Of a stretch of 64,000 nucleotides of DNA, positions 30,141 through 38,133 are shown piece by piece. The stretch is from positions 736,001 through 800,000 of the forward strand of contig CBDCFN010000016.1 in the NCBI GenBank assembly GCA_965216315.1, given 5' to 3'. The notes under the pieces were generated by a model. The model was not told where the DNA came from. It worked only from the letters and a program-made list of their open reading frames with translations, and did not search any database. The DNA is from a bacterium (lineage in GTDB: Bacteria > UBA10199 > 2-02-FULL-50-16 > JAJFLM01). Numbering within the stretch: position 1 is the stretch's first letter; each line of letters begins with the position of its first letter. The position numbers and the translations under genes were made by a program.

Positions 30141-30286
30141 TCTTACCTAAGCGCAATACAAACCCGAAATTTTGAAAAAATTGCGAAATATCAAAAAACA
30201 TTTGTATCTTGTGATGAAATCTAGTTAAATGGGCAAAATTTTCAATTAATTCAGTTAATTACGCAGAAGGGGTCTTGAGGGGTGTC

Positions 30287-31576
30287 ATGAAAAAACAAGC
30301 CAAAAAACTAATTTTCAAGGCAGTTGCTGCCTTCATTTTTTGCATCGTCGCGTCACCTTCGGCGCAGGCGTTAAATGTCCAATTGTTCAGGCCGGGCACG
30401 GGCGCTCTCAAAGGGTACCATCTATTTACATCTGAAACGCTCAAGCAAAAGCAGTTTGCGATCGGCATGAGCGTCAACTGGGCCCATCATCTATTTGAGC
30501 TGCGTTTTCCTAATCGAACTCCGTCCGATCAGCCGGTGGTCGATGATTTCTTGACGGTCGATTTTCTTGCTGAGATCGGTATTTTTGACTGGTGGACGGC
30601 GCGTCTCGGTGTCCCCATGAATGCGTTTCATAATATCGGCGATGATCCCTTTCTGGTTCCGGTACGACGGCGCGGTGGTCCTGATATGGGTGACATTCAG
30701 CTGACGATGATTTTCAAGATTTTCGATGCGGAAAAAACATCTTCAGGACTTGGTCTTGCTTTTGTCCCTCAAGTAACCTTTCCAACGGGGGATGCGGATG
30801 ATTTTTTTGGCGATGCTAACTTTACGGGTGGAGCCACTTTGGTTGGTGATGCGCAGTGGAAGGCGAATCGTTTTTATGCCAACATCGGTTTTAGGGCGCG
30901 TGAGCATGAGCAGTTAGCGGATCTCTTTGTGAATGAGGAAATTACCTATGGTCTGGGTTGGCAACGACCCATCCGTAAGAAATGGCGCCTCGACATGATC
31001 TTGGAGGCCTTCGGTGCTCACGTGACGGACGATCAGGGCGATGAGTTGTCCATTCCCATCGAGATCTTAGCGGCGGCCCGCAAACGCTTTCTCAAAGATG
31101 ATAGCCTCATTCTTAACTTCGGAGCAGGATTTGGGGTGACCGAGGGGTATGGAACGCCGTCCATCCGTTCAATATTAGGTTTGACCTATGCGCCGCCGGT
31201 GGCGGAACAGCGGGCTCCGGTACGTGAAAAGATTGAGATCACCGAAAAGATTCACTTTGAATTTGATAAGGCGGTTATTAGGAAGCGTTCTTATCCTGTG
31301 CTGGACCAAGTCGTTCGCGTCATCAAGGGCGACAATGGAATCCGTCTCGTTCACGTCGAAGGGCATACCGATTCGATTGGTTCCGACCCTTACAACTTAA
31401 GGCTTTCGGAGCGCCGTTCGCGGTCGGTTGTCAACTATCTCGTTGCACATGGGGTTGAACGCGATCGCCTCAAGCCGATCGGTTTTGGGGAGACGCGCCC
31501 GATCGCGACGAATGCGACGCGACAAGGCCGCGCGATGAATCGTCGGACCGAGTTCATTATCACTGAACGGCGTTAG
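30287..31576 (+). CDS. Outer-membrane beta-barrel plus OmpA C-terminal peptidoglycan-binding domain
   Basis: Signal peptide; beta strands; IHFEFDKA, VEGHTDSIG...YN..LSERR, NRRTEF. Confidence 0.9.
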   Translation: MKKQAKKLIFKAVAAFIFCIVASPSAQALNVQLFRPGTGALKGYHLFTSETLKQKQFAIGMSVNWAHHLFELRFPNRTPSDQPVVDDFLTVDFLAEIGIFDWWTARLGVPMNAFHNIGDDPFLVPVRRRGGPDMGDIQLTMIFKIFDAEKTSSGLGLAFVPQVTFPTGDADDFFGDANFTGGATLVGDAQWKANRFYANIGFRAREHEQLADLFVNEEITYGLGWQRPIRKKWRLDMILEAFGAHVTDDQGDELSIPIEILAAARKRFLKDDSLILNFGAGFGVTEGYGTPSIRSILGLTYAPPVAEQRAPVREKIEITEKIHFEFDKAVIRKRSYPVLDQVVRVIKGDNGIRLVHVEGHTDSIGSDPYNLRLSERRSRSVVNYLVAHGVERDRLKPIGFGETRPIATNATRQGRAMNRRTEFIITERR

Positions 31577-31625
31577 GACGAGTGGTTGACTTCTGGCTAG
31601 CTCGGGCATAAATCTACCGAGTTAC

Positions 31626-31698
31626 GCGGGTGTAACTCAGTTGGTAGAGTTCTTGCTTCCCAAGCAAGCTGTCGCCGGTTCGAGTCCGGTCGCCCGCT
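31626..31698 (+). tRNA. tRNA-Gly (CCC); CCA not encoded
   Basis: GCGGGTG acceptor stem, CTTGC-TTCCCAA-GCAAG anticodon arm, GGTTCGAGTCC T-arm, U discriminator. Confidence 0.95.
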
Positions 31699-32099
31699 CA
31701 ATTATTAGTTTCCGGTAGAACCGCGACCCCGACTTCGGTAATGCCTATGTCGCGGCATAGGCCTATTACCCGGATAACATATTCATAATGCAACTTCTTG
31801 TCGGCGCGAATGACAACGGATTTGATGTCAGGGCGGCCATGGAGGATGTCTTCAAGTTCTAAAAGAGAGACTTTAACCTCGTTGAAGTAAATCTGCTGTG
31901 TTCGATCGATCGCGATAATTGTCGTTTCCTTCTTTTCTTCGTCATAAGCGCGTGATTCAGGGAGTTGAACCCTCAATTCTTTTTGAAAATCAATAAAAAC
32001 CGTCGATACCATGAAAAAAATGATCAAGAGAAAAACGACATCGATCAACGGCGCAAGAGGGGGGCGCATATCTTCATCGAAAGAGTTAAGGAAGCGCAT
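31698..32099 (-). CDS. exbD: Biopolymer transport protein ExbD/TolR
   Basis: LAPLIDVVFLLIIFFMVST, V.LP, VVIRADK. Confidence 0.9.
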   Translation of the reverse strand: MRFLNSFDEDMRPPLAPLIDVVFLLIIFFMVSTVFIDFQKELRVQLPESRAYDEEKKETTIIAIDRTQQIYFNEVKVSLLELEDILHGRPDIKSVVIRADKKLHYEYVIRVIGLCRDIGITEVGVAVLPETNN

Positions 32100-32820
32100 T
32101 GTTTGATCCGGGATTCCATTGTTCGATTAATTCAAAGACGATTGATTCCATTTCATAAGAGAGGCGCTCTGCACGACCTTTAAAGTAATGATAGGTCGCA
32201 AGGGCAGGGATGCCTACGAGTAAACCGGCAGCCGTTGTAATAAGGGCTTCGGTGATGCCCGCGGCGACAAGACTGGGGTTGCCCGTACCGTACTGAGAAA
32301 TCATGAAGAAGGCCTTGATCATTCCGATAACCGTGCCAAGTAGGCCGAGCATCGGTGCGATTCCGGCTATAGCACCGAGTGCGCGAAGATTGATCGTAAG
32401 GGCAGTACTTTCATGTTGTCCGACTGCCTCAAGGGCACGTTCACGCACCGGGATTCCTTGCTGGGCTTTTCGAAGGCCGGTCGCAAGGATGCCGGCGAGT
32501 GGAGTCTTGAAATGAGCGCATAATTCGAGCGCTTGACCATATTTCTCATTCATAGAAAGAAAACGGATTTGTTCGACCAAGTCAGAGGGAATAATCCGAC
32601 GTCGACGCAAAGAGTAAAAACGCTCCAATGTGATCGCAAGCCCGATGATCGAACAGAGAAAAATAGGGTACATAATCGGTCCGCCTTTGCGGAACCAGCC
32701 CCATGCCTGATTGTTCATAATGGATCGGGCCTCGAAGGCAAACGTGACGTTGGTTTCCCAAGCCAAAGCTCCAGTGAGGAGGAAAATAAAGAGAAGAATC
32801 AGAGTGATCGCTTTCTTCAT
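32086..32820 (-). CDS. exbB: MotA/TolQ/ExbB proton channel protein
   Basis: GG.IM.PI, IAPMLGLLGTV.GMI.AF, GI.EALITTAAGL; start uncertain. Confidence 0.9.
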   Translation of the reverse strand: MKKAITLILLFIFLLTGALAWETNVTFAFEARSIMNNQAWGWFRKGGPIMYPIFLCSIIGLAITLERFYSLRRRRIIPSDLVEQIRFLSMNEKYGQALELCAHFKTPLAGILATGLRKAQQGIPVRERALEAVGQHESTALTINLRALGAIAGIAPMLGLLGTVIGMIKAFFMISQYGTGNPSLVAAGITEALITTAAGLLVGIPALATYHYFKGRAERLSYEMESIVFELIEQWNPGSNNALP

Positions 32821-32889
32821 GATTGCTTGCCGCGCAGTATAGATGTCTTGGCTGGACTTTCCAAATATAATCCGCATCACGGAGACGGT

Positions 32890-34563
32890 TTATTCATTGC
32901 TCGTCTGAGGCGAAGTCACCAAGGCGCTCTCAAACAATGCCTCTTGTTCGGGTTCCAATAAAAACCCTCTCAATGCCGTGACAAAGGCCTTATTCGCGGA
33001 GAACAGGACCCGATTAAAGTTTAAAATGGTAGAGAGGTCAATGTCTATGATTTTTGTCCGTGGACTTTCCGAATAGATTTCATTTAATAATTCATCGTGG
33101 AAGTGCTGGGCGTTTTTCATGAGTTCCAAGAGACTTTCAAAATAAATTTGTTCGTGTTCATCACTTAGCAGTTCTATTGTTTGTTCGTAGAACGATTCGA
33201 TGAAAGAACGCATGCGCTGATAGATTTTTCTCAAGGGTTCTTGTGTCGATTCGCGAAATCGCTTGATGTCATGTTGAATGTCTTTCATGCATTTAGCGGA
33301 ATGAACGGCATTGCGGACAGCTAAATTGATTTGCCGAAGCCTTTTTGATTCATTTTCGTCTATCTCGCAGCTAGCGACTTTTGCCGTATATAAGAGGATA
33401 TCTCCCTCCAGTTCCTTTAATTGCTCATACATATCTAGAATATTTTTTTTGCGCCGATAACAGACTTTTACCGCTATATTGCTTAAATCGAATGAATGAA
33501 GATTGTGAGCCATAACCCGATTCAATAGGCTCGCCTCTTCATTTTTGAGGGCCTCGAGGGCGGCATCGGTCACTTGTGGATCGACTTTCGAGATAAACGG
33601 AGAGATGAAGGCCTCTTCTTTCTTGAAACGCTTTTCCAGCTGAATTGAGAAGGGTCTAGTGAGTGGAAGAAAAATGAATACGCCTATGAGGTTGAAGAGG
33701 CTGTGAAAGAAAACCAGGCTGATCAAGGGGTCTTGAATACTTAGGATGTCAGTCGCTAAATGCAATAAGGGTCGAAGGAGTGCAAAGGCAATGACTGAGC
33801 TGACGAGATTAAAGGTAACGTGTGCTGCGGCCACGCGCTTTTTGTCCGGTTTGCCTTTGAGACTTCCGATCACGACGGTGATAGTCGTGCCTAAATTCGC
33901 CCCAATGACAACGGATGCAGCGGATTCTAAATCGATGATTCCGGCGTAAAGTGCGCTGATAGCGATCATCACCGTAGCGGAACTTGATTGAATGACAGCC
34001 GTCAGAAGAATGCCTCCGACAAGGAATATCAGTAAAGGCTGTTGGGAGAGTGCTTGAATGTCAACTTGTTGTGCCAGCGTTTCCGTGCTGGCTTTCATGT
34101 AGACGAGGCCTAAGAGCAGAAAACCGATTCCGGCGACGAGGCGACTGACCGAGTGAAGGCGGACATGCTTTTGTAAGGTAAGGAGTCCCAAGCATCCAAG
34201 GCCTAGCAGCGGAAAGGCCAGCTGTTTCAGGTTGATCTTGAAGCCGATCGTCGCGACGATCCAGCCGGTAAAGGTCGTCCCCAGATTGGAGCCAAAAATG
34301 ATGCCGAGGGCATTGTATGTCTTCAGAATGCCGGCACCGACGAAGGCGAGAACAATAAGAGAGACTAATGAGCTACTCTGAAAGAGGGCGGTCGAAATCG
34401 TCCCGACAAAGGCTGATTTAATGGGATTTTGCGTGTGATGACGTAGAAATAGTTTAAGGGTGCGACTGCCCAGCTCTTGGAGGGCTGTCTCCATTTGGAG
34501 CATGCTGAACAAGAAAATGCCCAGTCCAGCAAACAACTGCCACAAATCGAAGGCGCCCGGCAC
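32890..34563 (-). CDS. Na+/Pi cotransporter family protein
   Basis: Two QSSS motifs, G(S/A)NLGTT twice, PhoU-like C-terminus. Confidence 0.92.
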   Translation of the reverse strand: MPGAFDLWQLFAGLGIFLFSMLQMETALQELGSRTLKLFLRHHTQNPIKSAFVGTISTALFQSSSLVSLIVLAFVGAGILKTYNALGIIFGSNLGTTFTGWIVATIGFKINLKQLAFPLLGLGCLGLLTLQKHVRLHSVSRLVAGIGFLLLGLVYMKASTETLAQQVDIQALSQQPLLIFLVGGILLTAVIQSSSATVMIAISALYAGIIDLESAASVVIGANLGTTITVVIGSLKGKPDKKRVAAAHVTFNLVSSVIAFALLRPLLHLATDILSIQDPLISLVFFHSLFNLIGVFIFLPLTRPFSIQLEKRFKKEEAFISPFISKVDPQVTDAALEALKNEEASLLNRVMAHNLHSFDLSNIAVKVCYRRKKNILDMYEQLKELEGDILLYTAKVASCEIDENESKRLRQINLAVRNAVHSAKCMKDIQHDIKRFRESTQEPLRKIYQRMRSFIESFYEQTIELLSDEHEQIYFESLLELMKNAQHFHDELLNEIYSESPRTKIIDIDLSTILNFNRVLFSANKAFVTALRGFLLEPEQEALFESALVTSPQTSNE

Positions 34564-34645
34564 AATCGAAATAAACAGGAAGATCAGGTCCTTGTCAAAT
34601 GTCGCCGTCCCGAGCTTGACCCAGGCTTCCTTTGAGGATATTTAG

Positions 34646-35248
34646 TTGTTCATGAATGAAATACTCCCCAACATTTTTACCTGGCCCTACTTCTCCGAAG
34701 AAAAGGGTTTTAATTTCAACGGGCACTATGTCGTTACCGATGCCGGAGCCTTTTTAATCGATCCGGTGTTGCCGACCGATGAAGTATGGCAGGCGATTGA
34801 AAGCCGTGCAGTTCCGAGTGCCATTTATCTCACGAACAAAGACCATACCCGCAAGGCGATGGATTTTAAGGAGCGGTTTAATTGCCCGATATGGATCCAT
34901 GAGGCCGATAAGGATTTAGTGGATCTGCCGATGGATCAAACTTTCGGCGATGGCCAGGTTCTCGCGGGTGGCTTTCGCGTCATTCAATTGGCGGATTCAA
35001 AGTCACCAGGTGAGTCAGCTTTCTTATTAGAGCGCGACGGTGGCATTCTTATTGTCGGCGATGCCATGATAGGCAATCCACCTGGAGAATTAAATCTACT
35101 CCCACCGGCAAAGATTCCGGTGCCCGAAAAGGCGAAAGAGGGGCTTCGTAAGCTATTGGCTTTTGAGTTTGATGCGCTTTTGCTTGGCGATGGCCAGTCC
35201 TTTCCCAAGGGCGGGCGCCAAGCCGTCGAATCCTTTCTTGCTACGTAA
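34646..35248 (+). CDS. Metallo-beta-lactamase-fold protein with degenerate metal motif
   Basis: LIDP, IYLTNKDH.R, SPGE, VGDA, LLLGDG. Confidence 0.75.
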   Translation: MFMNEILPNIFTWPYFSEEKGFNFNGHYVVTDAGAFLIDPVLPTDEVWQAIESRAVPSAIYLTNKDHTRKAMDFKERFNCPIWIHEADKDLVDLPMDQTFGDGQVLAGGFRVIQLADSKSPGESAFLLERDGGILIVGDAMIGNPPGELNLLPPAKIPVPEKAKEGLRKLLAFEFDALLLGDGQSFPKGGRQAVESFLAT

Positions 35249-35263
35249 TCCAGTGAGCAATTT

Positions 35264-36007
35264 TTATTTTGGTTCGTAGGCGCGGAGATCGAGCGAGATC
35301 TCCGCTGTATCCGAAATCTTCAGCCCCACGACACTGAGGGCCTTGGCAAGAAAAGTTCCGGTGGCATCACGTGGTTTGACGTCATGTTCTTTCAGGGACA
35401 CCAGCATAGGAGAAAGGGTGCGAATAAAGGCGAGCCGCTTGGCCTCTTTATATCGCTTGCCGCTTTTATTGACATCGTAGATAACGACGTTGAGTTGGAC
35501 CGTCTTGGGTTTGGTGATTCCATGAACGGTCAGGTCGCCGACCGCCGTGATTTGGAAGCTTTTGGCCGTGCCGATTTCATCCTTATGCGCCGGAGCGGTC
35601 TCAACGCTCTTTGGTGAAACGGCCTCAATGCTTTTGATCTCAAATGTCGCCCATTGAAACTTTTTTCGCGTCTCTTCGCTGACATTAGGTCCGATTTCAA
35701 ACCAGTTTTTCATATGTTCGGTTTGTTTGTTATTTTTACCGGAGTCGCCGAAGGTGAGGGCCTGAATCGCGGAAAGGTCAATCTTGATGGTCCCGCGTGT
35801 CTTGCTGAGATCGGCCAGATCAATCGATAAGTTGCCGGCAATGCGATCATCCTGAAAGCGCGTCGTTTCGATAGGTGCCGGGATCTCACCTCGCATCATA
35901 TTGAGTGCGATGCTGTTATCGAATTTGAAATTAGCTGTCGCGGCAAAGGCACTTGCCGGAACCATTAAAATAAGTGCAACAAGTGCTTTTAATTTCATTC
36001 GAGTCAT
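35264..36007 (-). CDS. YceI-like periplasmic protein
   Basis: Signal peptide ending AFA; G.IKIDL..I, ATFEI..I, GDLTVHGITKP. Confidence 0.75.
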   Translation of the reverse strand: MTRMKLKALVALILMVPASAFAATANFKFDNSIALNMMRGEIPAPIETTRFQDDRIAGNLSIDLADLSKTRGTIKIDLSAIQALTFGDSGKNNKQTEHMKNWFEIGPNVSEETRKKFQWATFEIKSIEAVSPKSVETAPAHKDEIGTAKSFQITAVGDLTVHGITKPKTVQLNVVIYDVNKSGKRYKEAKRLAFIRTLSPMLVSLKEHDVKPRDATGTFLAKALSVVGLKISDTAEISLDLRAYEPK

Positions 36008-36852
36008 GTCGAACTCCTTCCCGACAGGGTCATTCCAATAACGATTCCTTTTTGTAGCAAAGTCTCAATCATTTGAATAGCTTCTTTGAAGAAATTTTGT
36101 TGCTCCTCAGCTGGAATATTATTGTGAGTTGCTAGTTCGCTCAATAGGTCGTGCAAGGTTGATGTTCCCGGAATCACTAGTTTGATGAGCTCTGCTAGTT
36201 GAGGATTTGCTTCTATGCAATGCGCCTGCAAAGTCTTGGGATGGCGGTAAACAATTAATGGATAGTGTCCCTTGGTAAGCTGGTTTAGTTGTGTCTGGTC
36301 GGACCCAATTTGATGAACCGGCCAAGTATATGTCCGTAGTTCCAAGAGTGGATTCAAGACAGGGACTAATGACGCTGCGTCTGCAGACGCAGTCGTTACC
36401 CATTCTTTATCCATTGAGATGTCGGGGGCGAAAATGAGTTTCATGTCGAGTTGTTCGTACTCGCCTAATTCCTGAAGAAAAGGAAATTTGCCGAGGAGGC
36501 TACCCTGATAGTCCTTCAGGTAATCGCCAAAGGCGAAAATTACATCCCGTGAGACGGGGGAGCGATTGTATCCGGCGAGAAAGAACTCATTCATCATCTC
36601 GGCCCATTCTTCTTCAGTCAGGATGGAGCGAAGGACTGGAAAACCTAAGTCCAGCCAGTCGAAAAGGCCGATTGATATGTGGCGCCGATAGGTGGCAAAT
36701 CTCTCATGATTATATCGAGCGAGAAAGTCGCGATCGCTTTGCTTCGCAAAATACCGTGCAAGAATTTCGTCGCGATCTTTGTCCATTTCGGCCAGAGTTT
36801 TAGGATTAGACATCAGATCGAAGAAAAATTTTTGACTCTCAGCTAGCGACAT
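36004..36852 (-). CDS. DUF2063 (HvfC-like) MNIO partner protein
   Basis: RFATYRR, FPVLRSIL..EEW, FG.YL, PFL.EL..YE, Y.WPVH.I; overlaps the DUF692 gene. Confidence 0.85.
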   Translation of the reverse strand: MSLAESQKFFFDLMSNPKTLAEMDKDRDEILARYFAKQSDRDFLARYNHERFATYRRHISIGLFDWLDLGFPVLRSILTEEEWAEMMNEFFLAGYNRSPVSRDVIFAFGDYLKDYQGSLLGKFPFLQELGEYEQLDMKLIFAPDISMDKEWVTTASADAASLVPVLNPLLELRTYTWPVHQIGSDQTQLNQLTKGHYPLIVYRHPKTLQAHCIEANPQLAELIKLVIPGTSTLHDLLSELATHNNIPAEEQQNFFKEAIQMIETLLQKGIVIGMTLSGRSST

Positions 36853-37696
36853 GTTGCTCCTTTATACGCCACTTAGCGACGAGATCATTGAGTCGCCGTA
36901 ATTCCGACACGAGTTCCGGAAGAGGGGGGATATTATAATCCCGCTCGATCATGATTGAATGGATGGGTGCCAATTGCATCAGCGTTTGAGTGAGTTTCCA
37001 TACCGGATCGGCGATGGTTTCGCCATGGGTATCGAGAACGAAATCATCAGCTTTGCGGAAATGGCCGGCCGTATGCACATAGCCAATTTTATCAAGTGGC
37101 AGCGCTTGTAAGTGTGCAACGGGGTCGAATCCATGATTGACTGAATTGACATAGACATTGTTGATATCCAGTAAAAACCACGCGCCAGATTCTTCAATGA
37201 CGGCACGGATAAAATCCGCTTCAGACATTTCGGGGGCTCCGGCTGGGACGTAGTAAGACACGTTTTCTACGCCAAATGGAATTTCTAAGATGTCCTGTAC
37301 TTCTCGAATGCGCTTGGCAATATGTCGAACCGCTTCCTCGGTAAAGGGGAGCGGGACCAAGTCATTGAGGTAAATGTTTTGATAAGAAGAAAAACTTATG
37401 TGGTCACTGGCGAGGGGGATATTGTGTTGCCGAATGAATTTTCTGAGTCGTTTAAGATAGTCTCTATTGAGCGGGTCAAGACTGCCAAGGGAGAGGGCAA
37501 TGCTATGGAGTGTTATGGGCCGGATTTCGCGAAGTGCACAAAAATCCCGATAAACCCAGCCGCCGATATCAATGTAGTTCTCAGGCGCAACTTCAAACCA
37601 CTCAATTTCTTCAGGGACCGACCTAAGAAGGGCGCCAAAGTGCGCCCTCCTTAGACCGAGTCCGGTTCCGAGGCTAGAGATATTCGTAGAACTCAC
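36839..37696 (-). CDS. DUF692 multinuclear non-heme iron oxidase (MNIO, HvfB/MbnB family)
   Basis: GLGLRR.H, WFEVAPENY, H..ALSLG, SDH, DL.PLP, ENVSYY, LLDINNVYVN..NH, HTAGH, DTHG, IERD; start reassigned to GTG 37696. Confidence 0.95.
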   Translation of the reverse strand: MSSTNISSLGTGLGLRRAHFGALLRSVPEEIEWFEVAPENYIDIGGWVYRDFCALREIRPITLHSIALSLGSLDPLNRDYLKRLRKFIRQHNIPLASDHISFSSYQNIYLNDLVPLPFTEEAVRHIAKRIREVQDILEIPFGVENVSYYVPAGAPEMSEADFIRAVIEESGAWFLLDINNVYVNSVNHGFDPVAHLQALPLDKIGYVHTAGHFRKADDFVLDTHGETIADPVWKLTQTLMQLAPIHSIMIERDYNIPPLPELVSELRRLNDLVAKWRIKEQHVAS

Positions 37697-37697
37697 T

Positions 37698-37973
37698 TCA
37701 CTTCTTTTCTTTATCCTTTTTGTCGCCACAGCTACCTTCTCCACAGGAACCCTCACCGCAGGAGCCTTCGCCGCAATTACCTTCTTTATCCTTTTTGTCT
37801 TTGTCGTCAGTTCCACTGAGAGAGAAATGATAACCGGATTGGACATCGTTTAGTTGGAAGTATTTCCCGTTTGCGGTAGAGGCACTCGTGGCGGCTGATG
37901 CCGTTCCACTCATGAGCAGTCCAATAACTGCGCCGCCGATAATAAGACCTGTTTCTTTGGTTGATTTTGCCAT
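37698..37973 (-). CDS. HvfA-like RiPP precursor with four EG[N/S]CG repeats
   Basis: Signal peptide, FQLNDVQSGY, EGNCG-EGSCG-EGSCG-EGSCG; directly upstream of DUF692. Confidence 0.88.
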   Translation of the reverse strand: MAKSTKETGLIIGGAVIGLLMSGTASAATSASTANGKYFQLNDVQSGYHFSLSGTDDKDKKDKEGNCGEGSCGEGSCGEGSCGDKKDKEKK

Positions 37974-38133
37974 TGCCCTCTATCTCCTTGATTTGTGGTT
38001 CTTAGAATGAGGTCGCTTTCTGCAACCGACAGTGTGATAGATGTCCGTATGAGCGAAACGTCTTAACAAAATGAAGAGAATTGGGCTAAATGTGGAAATA
38101 GCCGTAACTAGCTAAAATATAATAGAAAATAGC

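Noticed and set aside
18301..34652. General sigma70 leaderless architecture (TTGAC-like boxes about 36 nt before several starts)
   Set aside because: The -10 matches are weak and alternative SD-led starts exist; cannot be supported by eye
37697..37846. N-terminal extension of the DUF692 ORF in the track
   Set aside because: Overlaps the precursor gene out of frame; family similarity starts at GLGLR, so GTG 37696 is preferred
37974..38133. ECF sigma promoter or metal-responsive operator upstream of the RiPP precursor
   Set aside because: No motif I can match confidently; only a weak hairpin
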